DNA of 64,000 nt from an uncultured Candidatus Saccharibacteria bacterium (GTDB lineage: Bacteria; Patescibacteriota; Minisyncoccia; Phycocordibacterales; Zambryskibacteraceae), in NCBI GenBank assembly GCA_964504255.1, contig CAZDDU010000001.1:33843-97842 (forward strand). Reading direction: 5' to 3'. The notes below the pieces were generated by a model that saw nothing but the letters and a program-made list of their open reading frames with translations, ran no database searches and was not told the DNA's origin. Within the stretch, counting starts at the first letter, position 1, and every line of letters begins with the position of its first letter. Positions 1 through 10,246 of this stretch are shown here, piece by piece. Position numbers and translations under genes: made by a program.

Positions 1-463
1 GCAGGTTCATTACATCGATAACCACCTTGGTGAAGAAGAGACTGAAATTGACCAAGACCGCTGCGATGACCATCCGGACTATGAGAGCCTTGGTATCCTT
101 GTCTCTACCTACAATAGTCATGATGGAGGAGTACAAGAGCATGAAGATGAAGCCGATGTTCGCCACATCTCTTATAACAGTCCATGTGACGTTTATCGCA
201 GGAAGACTTCCAATGTTCTTCGACATGGCGATGACGGTGTAGTAGATGGAGGCGTTGAGTACTACTCCCGAGAGCATGGTCACCCAAGAGACCACTTGGA
301 CTAGCGCAATAACTAGTGGAGAGAGTATGACCCCCACGAAGTCGAATGTACCAAGGATCATGTTGCTGACGATCCCCTCGGCGTTCACAAGGTTTAAAGG
401 AATTAAGAAAACTAATCCTAAGAGCAAGACGGACATTAAGCTTGTGGGTAAGTACTTTCTCAT
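1..463 (-). CDS. Polytopic membrane protein, CPR VirB6/TrbL-like (partial, runs off window start)
   Basis: Hand-translated, not in ORF track: MRKYLPTSLMSVLLLGLVFLIPL...WTVIRDVANIGFIFMLLY...VLVNFSLFFTKVVIDVMNL. ATG overlaps the upstream stop (ATGA). Confidence 0.75.
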   Translation of the reverse strand, partial: MRKYLPTSLMSVLLLGLVFLIPLNLVNAEGIVSNMILGTFDFVGVILSPLVIALVQVVSWVTMLSGVVLNASIYYTVIAMSKNIGSLPAINVTWTVIRDVANIGFIFMLLYSSIMTIVGRDKDTKALIVRMVIAAVLVNFSLFFTKVVIDVMNL

Positions 464-2373
464 ATACCGGCAGAGTTATTTCTGACACTATCAGAAACAG
501 TTATTGATCCACTACATGATATTGCTGCTGCCTGGCCGGATTGAGTGGTGGCCAAGATGTTTGCTGTCTTCGTGCCGACGAAGCTGTATCTCATTTGTAG
601 TGGCTCGACGAAGAAGGTGTCTGAAGAAACTATCTCATTTCCGAACCATCTATAAGTGGTACCAGTAGGATAATCACTCGTCATGATCCATTCGACATCT
701 GTGCCTACTTGGGTAGATGAGGTGGATGGGGCACAAGACAGAGTTTGGGTGCTTGTTGGGGGAGTTTGAGTCGTGGGTGCTGGAGCCTGTGGGGTTGTTG
801 TGTTGCCGACCTCCTCTCCTTCAAATGTTGGTGCAGGCACAAGGTTTATCGCATTGATGTTTGGATCCTCGCACTGGCCTATCCTGTCTTTGATACCTCG
901 TGAGTATTGAAGAGTTTTTAAAGTATTGTTCCTTATTTTTATGAGCTCGTTAACATCTGATTGACCACCGAACTTTAAGTCATCGTCTTGGAGCAATGAG
1001 CTGATTCGTCCACCAATATACTTCGAGTATTGGCTTAAGGTGAATACTACTGGATCCCATGCCATGATCTCGTATCTTGAGATCGTTGTTGTGAAATCAT
1101 CAACAGCGCTGTTTACTGCGGTCATTCTATTGCTCCAGGTGGTGGAGTTCTCTTTCTTGAAGTCGTTTCGAGTTATGAAATCGTTGAATACTTCGAGAGC
1201 TTTGATGGTGACTGGTATCTCCTTACAGATTGGTATGAAGTATGGAGAGCTGTTGACACTACCCGACATGAGGCAGTTCTCGTTGCTTGGATCTGAGTTG
1301 GGATTCTTTTGCCCATGATGACAAATGTCGAGTATGCCGTCTTCGTTGTAGTCGTATCCGTCGGGTATGTTGTCACTATCTACGTCGATTATTTCATTTC
1401 TCGTATCAGCTATAGAATTTTTGTTGAACAACCCCTTCCCCTTGTCGTTAAACACGTGTCTTTGGAGCAGTCCTGCTAGAAGAGCACTAGCTAATGAGTC
1501 GATATCATCTGCTGAAATGAGCTTGTCTAATCCAGTTCCAAGGGCATCATTTAATTGTTTAGAGATAACTGAACCAGGTGTAGTAACTTCTTCCTGAAGA
1601 CAAGCGGTCGGCTCCTTGTTTGGATCCCAGTTTGGATATTCGTTCAAAATATTCTGTGCCTCTTCGGGGTCCGCGTCGTAGTATCTGGCCATAACAGCCA
1701 TATTAGGAGTTTGGTTTTTCTTCAAGCAGGTTGTCTTGTTCATGAATCCAGTGTTGAGCACTCTGTCTTCTCTGCTGATGGCAAGTGTGTTTGCAAGACG
1801 ACCATCGATATCGAGTTTCGCCTTCACGAAGGCGCCTTGAGGAGTGTTCTGCTCATCTTGAGTCATCTTGATCCAGGCGTCCCAACCGCCTTGATTAAAG
1901 TCTTGATAAAAATTATCTATATTTACCCCAATCTCACTTAAGGTACATTGGTAATTTGAAGTATTTTCGGTGTATTGCTTTACCAACGACAATCTAATTT
2001 GTGCCTGGAATGGCGAGCAAAGGAAGCCAAAGGATGTATCGTTTATCGCCTCTCCGACTACGCCGTTCGCAATATCGCCAAAGTAATTTTTCGGATCAGT
2101 TACGAAGGCGGGATTGCCGTCGAAACCAGTGTTAGCCCATTTGATTGTTGATTGGATGATGTCGTCAATCATTTTCTGAGCAAGTTGTTTTCCAACTTTG
2201 TTCACTAAGAAATCTATGACTGTCGGAATACTCTCAAGATTTATATCTCCAACACCCAAAAACGCTTGCGCTCTAGGGGTACCCACAGGAGAGAAGTAGA
2301 TAGAAAGACAAATAAAAGAAACAGTAACAAGAGAGAGAAATCTATTTTTTAAAAATTTAAATTTGAACGCCAT
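460..2373 (-). CDS. Large secreted hypothetical protein with Pro/Thr linker and C-terminal PKD/Ig-like domain
   Basis: 637-aa ORF, signal peptide ending AQA, several Cys pairs, PTTQTPP linker. Confidence 0.8.
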   Translation of the reverse strand: MAFKFKFLKNRFLSLVTVSFICLSIYFSPVGTPRAQAFLGVGDINLESIPTVIDFLVNKVGKQLAQKMIDDIIQSTIKWANTGFDGNPAFVTDPKNYFGDIANGVVGEAINDTSFGFLCSPFQAQIRLSLVKQYTENTSNYQCTLSEIGVNIDNFYQDFNQGGWDAWIKMTQDEQNTPQGAFVKAKLDIDGRLANTLAISREDRVLNTGFMNKTTCLKKNQTPNMAVMARYYDADPEEAQNILNEYPNWDPNKEPTACLQEEVTTPGSVISKQLNDALGTGLDKLISADDIDSLASALLAGLLQRHVFNDKGKGLFNKNSIADTRNEIIDVDSDNIPDGYDYNEDGILDICHHGQKNPNSDPSNENCLMSGSVNSSPYFIPICKEIPVTIKALEVFNDFITRNDFKKENSTTWSNRMTAVNSAVDDFTTTISRYEIMAWDPVVFTLSQYSKYIGGRISSLLQDDDLKFGGQSDVNELIKIRNNTLKTLQYSRGIKDRIGQCEDPNINAINLVPAPTFEGEEVGNTTTPQAPAPTTQTPPTSTQTLSCAPSTSSTQVGTDVEWIMTSDYPTGTTYRWFGNEIVSSDTFFVEPLQMRYSFVGTKTANILATTQSGQAAAISCSGSITVSDSVRNNSAGI

Positions 2374-3124
2374 TGTCTAAAAGAATTTCAATTATATCCT
2401 CCACAATTCTCTCTCTGGCATCGATACTACTTCTTGCGCCTAGTGCTCCAGCAAAAGCCAGAGCCGAGTCGGGGTTTTTATCAAAGATAGATTTCATACC
2501 GTTAGATATAGAAAGATAGTTGTTTATCAGATCTGTGTGGAGTATTAGCAGGGATGACGGAACCTCTATTTTTTTTAACTCGTTTGCTGCCTCTCCGTAC
2601 GCTACGGTAATTTTTTCTGCTGCATCGATCAAGGAGTCATCGGAGGTGTTTATTGTTGAGGGATTATTACCAATAGAATCAATTTTGTTAATTCTTCTTC
2701 TTTCTATCTCTGTCGTTATCAAGTCGTACTTTTGAAAGTTAGCTTTGGCGTTACTAACCACGTTGATATCCAAGGAGGTTACCTTTGGTGCGGTTTCGAT
2801 ATCAGCTATAGAGTCTGCGTATTTATCAGCAAGAGCGGTAATACTCTCTTCTGATATTTGGCCATTTGTCGCGAGACTAATGTATTCAGAAATGAGCTGT
2901 CTTCCCACTAGATCAGTCGTAGTCAGACTGGTATCCCCCTCATCCTTCCCTGCTGTACTTAGGTCAGAAATCGAGTTTGGCTCTGGGGTTTTGTAGGTGT
3001 CAATATTTGTAGGAGTTTCTACTGATACTTTGAAGACACTCTTCTCTTTATCAGCTCTTTGCCATGAGGCGCCGAGTACTAGTAGGAATGAAATAAAAAG
3101 TGCTAGCGTGACACGTGTTCGCAT
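2357..3124 (-). CDS. Hypothetical membrane-anchored protein
   Basis: 255-aa ORF, N-terminal TM helix, overlaps the downstream gene start. Confidence 0.75.
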   Translation of the reverse strand: MRTRVTLALFISFLLVLGASWQRADKEKSVFKVSVETPTNIDTYKTPEPNSISDLSTAGKDEGDTSLTTTDLVGRQLISEYISLATNGQISEESITALADKYADSIADIETAPKVTSLDINVVSNAKANFQKYDLITTEIERRRINKIDSIGNNPSTINTSDDSLIDAAEKITVAYGEAANELKKIEVPSSLLILHTDLINNYLSISNGMKSIFDKNPDSALAFAGALGARSSIDARERIVEDIIEILLDNGVQI

Positions 3125-3214
3125 GTTCCTCTTATTATATCAGAGGTATGCAGACAAAATTATCTTTATATATAAGGAGTGGATACCGAACATTGATAAA
3201 TTCCCTATTAAGGT

Positions 3215-3991
3215 TTATGAGAGTTTGAGGCAGAGCTCCTTCCACACACTGAGCGGCACATCTTCGGCTCGGGTGTTCTCGCTTAACGAAAGATTTTTGA
3301 AAACTTCCAACACTTTGGCCTTATCGAAGACGACACTCAGGTTTGAGGACAACTTCTTCCTCTTTGAGGCGAATCCGGACTTCAGAATCCTGAAGAAATG
3401 CTCTTCTGTTACATTATTTTCCTCAAAAAAGCTCTTTGAGACGTTGTATATGGCCAAAATAGCCGAATCTACCTTGGGAGCAGGGCTAAATGACCCTGCC
3501 TTGACCGTGTCTACCAGCTTTGGCTCGCCATAGATCTTTATTGAGATTGAGAGGATGCTCTCTTTGTTATTTCGGGCAATAATCCTCTCTGCTACCTCCT
3601 TTTGAACCAAAACCACCATTAATTCTGGTTGATTACTGCTTGAAAGAAACTTCTCGAGTATTGCCCCAGTGATGTTGTAAGGTATGTTGGCTATCAGCTT
3701 GTACCTCTCCCACCTTGGATCGAAGTCCAAAATGTCTTCGTTCATGAGAGTTAGCTGGCCTGATTTGATCTCAGGTGCGAACATCTTTTCAAGTTCTATT
3801 GTTAGATCATCATCCTTCTCTACCCCGATGACCTTGGCGCCAGAATACAGTAGCCAGGATGTGAGTGCACCCAGTCCTGGGCCAATCTCTAAAACAGTAT
3901 CAGAGGACGAGAGTCTCCCCGCCTCGACAATCTGGTTTAGAGCCTTCTCCGACTTGAGGAAATTCTGACCTAAGGATTTCTTTGCGTACAT
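3215..3991 (-). CDS. rsmA: 16S rRNA m6,2A dimethyltransferase RsmA/KsgA
   Basis: KKSLGQNFL, VLEIGPGLG, ANIPYNIT, PAPKVDS motifs. Confidence 0.97.
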   Translation of the reverse strand: MYAKKSLGQNFLKSEKALNQIVEAGRLSSSDTVLEIGPGLGALTSWLLYSGAKVIGVEKDDDLTIELEKMFAPEIKSGQLTLMNEDILDFDPRWERYKLIANIPYNITGAILEKFLSSSNQPELMVVLVQKEVAERIIARNNKESILSISIKIYGEPKLVDTVKAGSFSPAPKVDSAILAIYNVSKSFFEENNVTEEHFFRILKSGFASKRKKLSSNLSVVFDKAKVLEVFKNLSLSENTRAEDVPLSVWKELCLKLS

Positions 3992-4015
3992 GGGTCTATA
4001 GTGAGCCTAGTTAGT

Positions 4016-5992
4016 CTAGAAGTCTATCTTGTATAAAATGTCTCTCCGAGTGTCTCGCCTGGGTACCGAGCCTTCGTTCCACACCTCTTCTTCGGTAAGC
4101 TCCTCTGGTATATCGAAGATGAATTCTGACGGGAGGTTCGTCTCTCTCTGGCCAAACACTGTTCTAACCTGAGCATTGGTTAAATAGAGCTTCTTCCTAG
4201 CTCTGGTGACTGCAACATAAAAGAGTCTCCTCTCCTCTTCTCTCTCCTCGGCGGTGATGTTCTCTCTAGTGATCTTGTTGTGGGGGAAGAGTCCGTCTTC
4301 GAGTCCCGAGATGAAGACGACGTTGAACTCGAGTCCCTTAGATGCGTGAATGGTCATAAGCCTGACTCCACTCTTATTTTCTTTTTCATTTTTCTTCCTG
4401 TCTAAATCATCCTGGTCACTTTGGAGTGCAGCGTCCTTGAGGAAATTCTCTATACCCTCGCCTTGCGGCAGGTGGTCATAGCGAGAGGCGAAGGCCACTA
4501 GCTCGAAGGCGTTCTCTAGTCTATCTTGGTCCTCGTCTCTACCTCCACGCCACTCGGCTTCTAGTCCTGTGCACTTAATAATGTGATTTATCACCTCGCT
4601 CGGCCTCAGCTCATTAGCCTTCTCCCCTATGTCGACGAGCAACTTTCTAAAGTCAGCTATCTTCACTCTTGTGCCTGCTGGCAGAGTGGTCTCGTCTCCG
4701 GTAAATATCTTTACCACTGTAGTCTTGCCGATACCTCGAGTAGGAGTGTTGATGATCCTCTTCACATCGGCAAGTGCGCCGGGGTTAAGTCCGGCCCTGA
4801 GATAAGAGATGATGTCCTTCACCTCGCGCCTCTCGAAGAAGCGTGTGCCGAGTAGTTGGTATGGTACTTGGTGTCGGAGAAATGCTTCTTCGAGAACTCT
4901 TGATTGGAAGTTTGCCCTATAAAGTACTGCAATCTCTTCGGTATTTTCTCCACTAGCAATCAAACTCTTAGCCTTTGTAGCGATGAACTCAGCTTCAGAG
5001 ATCTCGTCGAAGGTTGAAAGTAAACTTATCTTCTCCCCTGTCTCACTCTGGGTGAAAAGATTTTTCTCCACTCTGATCTTATTCTTTTTGATGATGGTGT
5101 TAGCCGCTTCTAGAATAGTTTTGGTAGAACGATAGTTCTCCTCGAGAAGAATTATTTTTGTCTCTGGATAGTCCTTCTCGAACTTCAAAATGTTTTGGAT
5201 GTCTGCTCCTCGCCAAGAATAGATGTTTTGGTCTATGTCACCCACCACAGTGATGTTCTTCTCCTCGCTTGTTAAGAGCTTAGCGATCTCGTACTGTACT
5301 TTGTTGGTGTCCTGATACTCGTCTATATGGATATACTTCCACACATGTCGATAATGGTCTCTAACCTTCGGGTTACCACGAAGTAGGCGCACGGTCTTTA
5401 AGAGTAGGTCGTCGAAGTCGAGTGCACTGTCGCGCCTGAGGATCTTCTCGTACTCACCCCATACCGACTTAACTGTAGAGGTGAAGTGACCTCCCTCTTC
5501 GTGTGACATGTATTCTTCGGATGTGGTGTCGCGTCCCTTCTCCTTCGAGATGATGGAGAGGATACGGTCTGGTTCGTGGGTCTTGGGGTCGAAGCCGGTA
5601 TTAACCAAAGCTTCTTTGATAGCTCTTTTCGCATCGTCCTTGTCGAAGATGGTGAAGTGTCTAGAAATGCCTAGAGCTTGGCTATTTTCCTTCAATATAT
5701 GTACCCCAAGGGAGTGGAAGGTGGATACAAAGGGTTTCTCGGTCATTGTGACTGGGCGACTGAGTTCTTTGTCTTCAAGGAGCATCTTCTCTACCCTCTC
5801 TCGCATCTCTTTGGCAGCCTTGTTGGTGAAGGTAATGGCCAAAATGGATGATGGAGCCACTCCGTGCTTCACCAAATTCCGTATTCTCTCGGCGATTGTC
5901 TTGGTTTTGCCCGCCCCGGCACCTGCGAGTATAAGAAGGGGCCCCTCTAGGGTATCCACCGCCTGCTGTTGTCGTTCGTTTAGAGTTGCCAT
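4016..5992 (-). CDS. pcrA: ATP-dependent DNA helicase UvrD/PcrA
   Basis: AGAGAGKT, TFTNKAA, DEYQD, VGDIDQNIYSWRGA, TIHASKGLEF, EERRLFYVA; start moved to MATLNERQ. Confidence 0.96.
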   Translation of the reverse strand: MATLNERQQQAVDTLEGPLLILAGAGAGKTKTIAERIRNLVKHGVAPSSILAITFTNKAAKEMRERVEKMLLEDKELSRPVTMTEKPFVSTFHSLGVHILKENSQALGISRHFTIFDKDDAKRAIKEALVNTGFDPKTHEPDRILSIISKEKGRDTTSEEYMSHEEGGHFTSTVKSVWGEYEKILRRDSALDFDDLLLKTVRLLRGNPKVRDHYRHVWKYIHIDEYQDTNKVQYEIAKLLTSEEKNITVVGDIDQNIYSWRGADIQNILKFEKDYPETKIILLEENYRSTKTILEAANTIIKKNKIRVEKNLFTQSETGEKISLLSTFDEISEAEFIATKAKSLIASGENTEEIAVLYRANFQSRVLEEAFLRHQVPYQLLGTRFFERREVKDIISYLRAGLNPGALADVKRIINTPTRGIGKTTVVKIFTGDETTLPAGTRVKIADFRKLLVDIGEKANELRPSEVINHIIKCTGLEAEWRGGRDEDQDRLENAFELVAFASRYDHLPQGEGIENFLKDAALQSDQDDLDRKKNEKENKSGVRLMTIHASKGLEFNVVFISGLEDGLFPHNKITRENITAEEREEERRLFYVAVTRARKKLYLTNAQVRTVFGQRETNLPSEFIFDIPEELTEEEVWNEGSVPRRDTRRDILYKIDF

Positions 5993-6237
5993 ATCAAAAA
6001 GAATATATAGAGGAATAATAGCATGCCTCAGCAAATATGGCTCAATTTAGCCCTTTTTGCTCTATACTAGAACACAATAATACGCCTTAGGCCCTTCATC
6101 TGACCCTCATTATCTGGTATAATAAACACCTACCGAAAAGGAGCCACGACCGAACTCAGATCTAAAAGTTTAACCAACTGTTTATTACTCAGGCAAAGGA
6201 TTCTAATATTGTTTTCCGAAACAAGAGGGCCGTCCTC

Positions 6238-7191
6238 TTGTTCTTGCTTGTTCTGGCTGCAACTTGGGATCTAAGTGTGACTGAGGCTCAGGGGGAGAAG
6301 GTTGCTAGAGCTCCACAAGTAGTCAGGTCTGCTAACTCTCAAAATATTGAGCTTCTTAAGGGCTCTTCTAATATAAATCCACACCCAAGTAAGGGTACTT
6401 ACCTCGCTGTGGTTGATAATAGTGCTCTCGTTGCCCAGAATACACCTGACTCCACAACCTTTGCTGACCAAGGGATCTCTGGATCTGGTCAAATTTCTGT
6501 ATATATAGTGCGAGAGGGTGATACATTGTCGACTATTGCCAAGATGTTCAAGGTCTCCATAAACACCATCGTTTGGGCGAATGATATTAAGGGCGGTTTG
6601 ATCAAACCAGGTCAGACTCTTGTGATCCTTCCAATCTCAGGGGTAAGGCACTTGGTAGCCAAGGGCGACACCATCGAGAGTATTGCCAAGAAGTACAAGG
6701 CCGATGCAGCAGAAATCCTTTCATATAACGACTTGACCAAGGCTTCCAAACTTACGGCCGGTGACGAGATCATTATTCCTGATGGAGAGATTAATTCGGT
6801 TGTCACCTACTCTTCTGGGTCTGGTTCTTCAAATACTACTGTTAGCTCGGGTTACTTCGGCCGTCCTGTCCAGGGTGGTAAGAGGACTCAGGGTCTACAC
6901 GGCCACAATGGTATAGACATTGGTGGTCCTATAGGTACTCCAATACTTGCCTCGGCGGGGGGTACCGTCATCATTGCTCGCTCGAGTGGATACAATGGAG
7001 GCTACGGTCTATATATAGTAGTCAGTCACCCTAATGGTACTCAGACTCTCTATGCCCACCTCTCGGCAGTAAATGTTTCGGTTGGAGACAGAGTGTCAAA
7101 AGGTCAAGTGATCGGTAAGCTCGGTAACTCGGGTAAGTCGACCGGCCCACACCTCCACTTCGAAGTTCGCGGTGCAAAGAACCCATTCTAG
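6238..7191 (+). CDS. LysM-LysM-M23 peptidase (start uncertain)
   Basis: Two LysM repeats (YIVREGDTLSTIA, HLVAKGDTIESIA), HNGID and HLHFE M23 motifs. Confidence 0.92.
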   Translation: MFLLVLAATWDLSVTEAQGEKVARAPQVVRSANSQNIELLKGSSNINPHPSKGTYLAVVDNSALVAQNTPDSTTFADQGISGSGQISVYIVREGDTLSTIAKMFKVSINTIVWANDIKGGLIKPGQTLVILPISGVRHLVAKGDTIESIAKKYKADAAEILSYNDLTKASKLTAGDEIIIPDGEINSVVTYSSGSGSSNTTVSSGYFGRPVQGGKRTQGLHGHNGIDIGGPIGTPILASAGGTVIIARSSGYNGGYGLYIVVSHPNGTQTLYAHLSAVNVSVGDRVSKGQVIGKLGNSGKSTGPHLHFEVRGAKNPF

Positions 7192-7193
7192 TA

Positions 7194-8717
7194 TTACAAA
7201 TCGAATTTTTTGGGACGGTACTCGACAGCTTCGAGGATGTGCTCGCGCTTGATCTCTTCACTCTCATCTAAGTCAGCAATAGTGCGAGCTACTTTAAGCA
7301 TCCTGTGATAAACACGAGGTGAGAAATTCATCCTCTCGGCCGCCATGTTTAGGGTCTGCCTCGCTTCGTTACTTAAGGGTACGAAGTTAATGAGGTCCCT
7401 AGCACTCATCTCGGCGTTTTTGGTGATCTTACCCTTCTCTCCGAATCTTTTTATTTGTTTATTTCTTGCATCTGCAACTTTGCTTCTATATACATGACTT
7501 TTAGCACCCTCTGTCTCGCCCGACAAATCATTTGGTAACACTCGGTCAACTTCGAGCCACAAGTCTATTCGATCAACGATCGGGCCAGACATCTTGCGTC
7601 TGTATCTTTGGAGTGCCGATGGAGTACAGACACACTGCTTACCTCTGAAGCCGAAGTTCCCACAAGGACAAGGGTTCATCGCAGCGACGAGGATGACATC
7701 TGCGGGGAAGCGGGCCGTACCCTTAGCTCTCGCGACCGAGATTACCTTGTCTTCTAGTGGTTGTCTCAAGCTCTCTATCACTCGCCTCTCAAACTCTGGG
7801 AACTCGTCCATAAAGAGCACTCCACGGTGAGCGAGGGTCACCTCACCCGGCTTAGGAGTAGTGCCTCCGCCAACTAGTGATACATAGGAACTGGTGTGAT
7901 GAGGAGAGCGGAAGGGTGGATTAACAATAAATTGCTTGAGCACTCCTGCGACAGAGTGTATAGATGTAGCCTCGAGCGCTTCGTCGAAGGTAAGGGGTGG
8001 AAGTATCGAGGCGAAGGCCTTAGCGAGCATGGTCTTACCAGTACCGGGTGGTCCGTACATGGCGACATTGTGTCCGCCTGCAGCAGCGATGAGCAGTCCA
8101 CGCTTAGCCCTTTCTTGCCCACGAACATCACTGAAGTCAGTTAGTAACTCCTCAGTGCTTTTGTCGAAAACTGTTTTGGGTTGTCTTGGTATAAGTTTCT
8201 TCCCATCTAGGTGCGACAAGAGTTCCTTCAAGCTCTCCACTCCAAAGACCTTGATACCATCAACCAGGGCTGCTTCTTTGGCGTTGTCTTTGGGCACATA
8301 TATTTCTTCCACACCTTCGTCTTTAGCGAACTTAGAGATTGAGAGCACTCCCCTTGTACTTCGCAATGTGCCGTCTAGCGAGAGTTCGCCTAAAAATATT
8401 TTGTTCTTTGTATCAAAATGTATTTCTTCGCTCGCGAGTAAGTATGAGAGTGCTATAGGTAGGTCAAATATCGCACCCTCCTTCTTCTCGCTCGCGGGAG
8501 CGAGAGAGATGACGATCTTCTGGTTCTTCTGTTTAGGGCTTGTTAGCCCCGAGTTCTTGATAGCGGCACCAACTCGGTCCTTGGCCTCCTCGACTGCTTG
8601 GTCAGGGATACCGATAATAGAGAAAGCATATAAACCGCGGGAGAGGTCGGTTTCTATCTCAACTAGTGAGACTGAGAGCGCTGTAGTCTGAGCACTAAAA
8701 ACCCTTGATACAGACAT
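7194..8717 (-). CDS. comM: YifB/ComM family Mg-chelatase-like AAA+ ATPase
   Basis: GPPGTGKT, PFRSPHHT, LAHRGVLFMDE, AAMNPCPCG. Confidence 0.95.
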   Translation of the reverse strand: MSVSRVFSAQTTALSVSLVEIETDLSRGLYAFSIIGIPDQAVEEAKDRVGAAIKNSGLTSPKQKNQKIVISLAPASEKKEGAIFDLPIALSYLLASEEIHFDTKNKIFLGELSLDGTLRSTRGVLSISKFAKDEGVEEIYVPKDNAKEAALVDGIKVFGVESLKELLSHLDGKKLIPRQPKTVFDKSTEELLTDFSDVRGQERAKRGLLIAAAGGHNVAMYGPPGTGKTMLAKAFASILPPLTFDEALEATSIHSVAGVLKQFIVNPPFRSPHHTSSYVSLVGGGTTPKPGEVTLAHRGVLFMDEFPEFERRVIESLRQPLEDKVISVARAKGTARFPADVILVAAMNPCPCGNFGFRGKQCVCTPSALQRYRRKMSGPIVDRIDLWLEVDRVLPNDLSGETEGAKSHVYRSKVADARNKQIKRFGEKGKITKNAEMSARDLINFVPLSNEARQTLNMAAERMNFSPRVYHRMLKVARTIADLDESEEIKREHILEAVEYRPKKFDL

Positions 8718-8758
8718 ACATTAATTGTATATCAGCTCAAGGGTAATTAAATAGATTG

Positions 8759-9124
8759 CTAGGTGCTCTCGATATGGGTCTTGCAGGTAGGAGCGGCTGG
8801 GTTAGCCTCTAGTCTGTCGGCTTCGATCTCGTTACCGCACACCCTACACACACCGTATTCACCTGACTCGATCTTCTCTAGTGCTAGGACGACATCGTTT
8901 AATCTTGCTTCTAGTGAGTTTGTGATGGCCATGTTCTCCTCGAAGTCCTCTATTGCGTCTGCGGCTTCGTTCTCGTCGGCTGAGGCGTTCTCTCTCTCGC
9001 CCACTGCCGGGTCCCAGTTGGTAGGGTGGTTTGGATCCTTCTCAGCCACTGTTGCTAGCTCACCTTCTATCTTAGTCTTCTCCTCATTTAGCCTTGCTTT
9101 ATATTGGTCTGTGTTTGAAATCAT
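8759..9124 (-). CDS. TraR/DksA family zinc-finger protein
   Basis: Coiled coil plus YGVCRVCGNEI..RLEANP..TCKTH. Confidence 0.88.
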   Translation of the reverse strand: MISNTDQYKARLNEEKTKIEGELATVAEKDPNHPTNWDPAVGERENASADENEAADAIEDFEENMAITNSLEARLNDVVLALEKIESGEYGVCRVCGNEIEADRLEANPAAPTCKTHIEST

Positions 9125-9155
9125 ATGGGAATTGTATCAAAGCCTGAGGTTTCGT

Positions 9156-10211
9156 CTACCTTGAGAGTTTCTCCGCCTGGAGTCGGTTAATAATGGTGCG
9201 GAAGGAGCTCTCATCGTCGGTCATTATCAAAGTATCGTTGTCGAAGAAGCCGTAGATGAGAACTATCTGGTTGTATGAGTTCCTGAGCACCCTAGTGTCG
9301 TGGTTCTGAATAGTTTTGTCCTTAAATATAGAGTTGGTGGCAATACCAGCAAGTTCAGTCGGGTCTATAAAGAGCGGCAACATGTCTTCAACTAATCTCC
9401 CCTCCCACTCGAGCATGCCAGGGAAGGCGTTCTCAAACGATTTCAACTTAACTATCAGTACTGAGTGACTTGGACTCGAGCTCAAAACACCGAACATGAA
9501 GAGTGGGTCAAAGGCCCTGACCAGTGGGTTTGGTGCATGTGAGTTAAGTCGAGTGAGGAAGTCAGAGAACGCGAGTAACTCAGATGTCTCTCCCGATCTT
9601 CTCTCAAATTGGATCTGGTCTAGTGAGTCTCCATCTCTTTGCTCACTTCGAACTCTCACTACTTCATCAATGACCGCTTGTCTTCCTAAGGTTGAGGCAT
9701 CGACTGAAATTGTTTTGCTCACTCCAAGGAATTGGTTCTTGGGAGTGTTCACTACTGGTAAAGCTGTCTTCTCCTGATAAGTAGTAAGTGCATAGTAGGC
9801 GCCGTATCCACCACCTCCGATGAAGATGATAGTGAAGAGCGCCATCATAAGTGGTTTGAAGGAGAAGTGGTGCTCGACTTGTTGCCCTGCATTAGGAGAT
9901 AGGGTTTGTACTGCGTCTCTCCTCTTCTCTTCCTTTCTTTGGATGGAAATGAGTGACTCATTCTGTTTCTTGATAGCATCAGCTACGTCACCCTCGAAGG
10001 TGCGTATTTGTTTTAGATGACTCCCCTCTGGTTCTTGGGTAGGTACATTATTCTGAGCGATCGCTTCTGCAATTGGGTTTGGAGGTACGACTTGAGGTAC
10101 TGGTGCTGGTGCTACAGTTGGTGGTGTTTGTGGCACTGCCTTAGGTACGAAAGTGATCTCGGGAGGAGTCTCTCCACTAGATTTAATTTGGAAGGAGCCT
10201 TCTGGTGGCAT
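9156..10211 (-). CDS. Hypothetical single-pass membrane protein with Pro-rich N-terminus
   Basis: 351-aa ORF, one TM segment. Confidence 0.8.
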   Translation of the reverse strand: MPPEGSFQIKSSGETPPEITFVPKAVPQTPPTVAPAPVPQVVPPNPIAEAIAQNNVPTQEPEGSHLKQIRTFEGDVADAIKKQNESLISIQRKEEKRRDAVQTLSPNAGQQVEHHFSFKPLMMALFTIIFIGGGGYGAYYALTTYQEKTALPVVNTPKNQFLGVSKTISVDASTLGRQAVIDEVVRVRSEQRDGDSLDQIQFERRSGETSELLAFSDFLTRLNSHAPNPLVRAFDPLFMFGVLSSSPSHSVLIVKLKSFENAFPGMLEWEGRLVEDMLPLFIDPTELAGIATNSIFKDKTIQNHDTRVLRNSYNQIVLIYGFFDNDTLIMTDDESSFRTIINRLQAEKLSR

Positions 10212-10246
10212 GACTCTATTCTAACAGAGCTCTATATTAATGTGTG

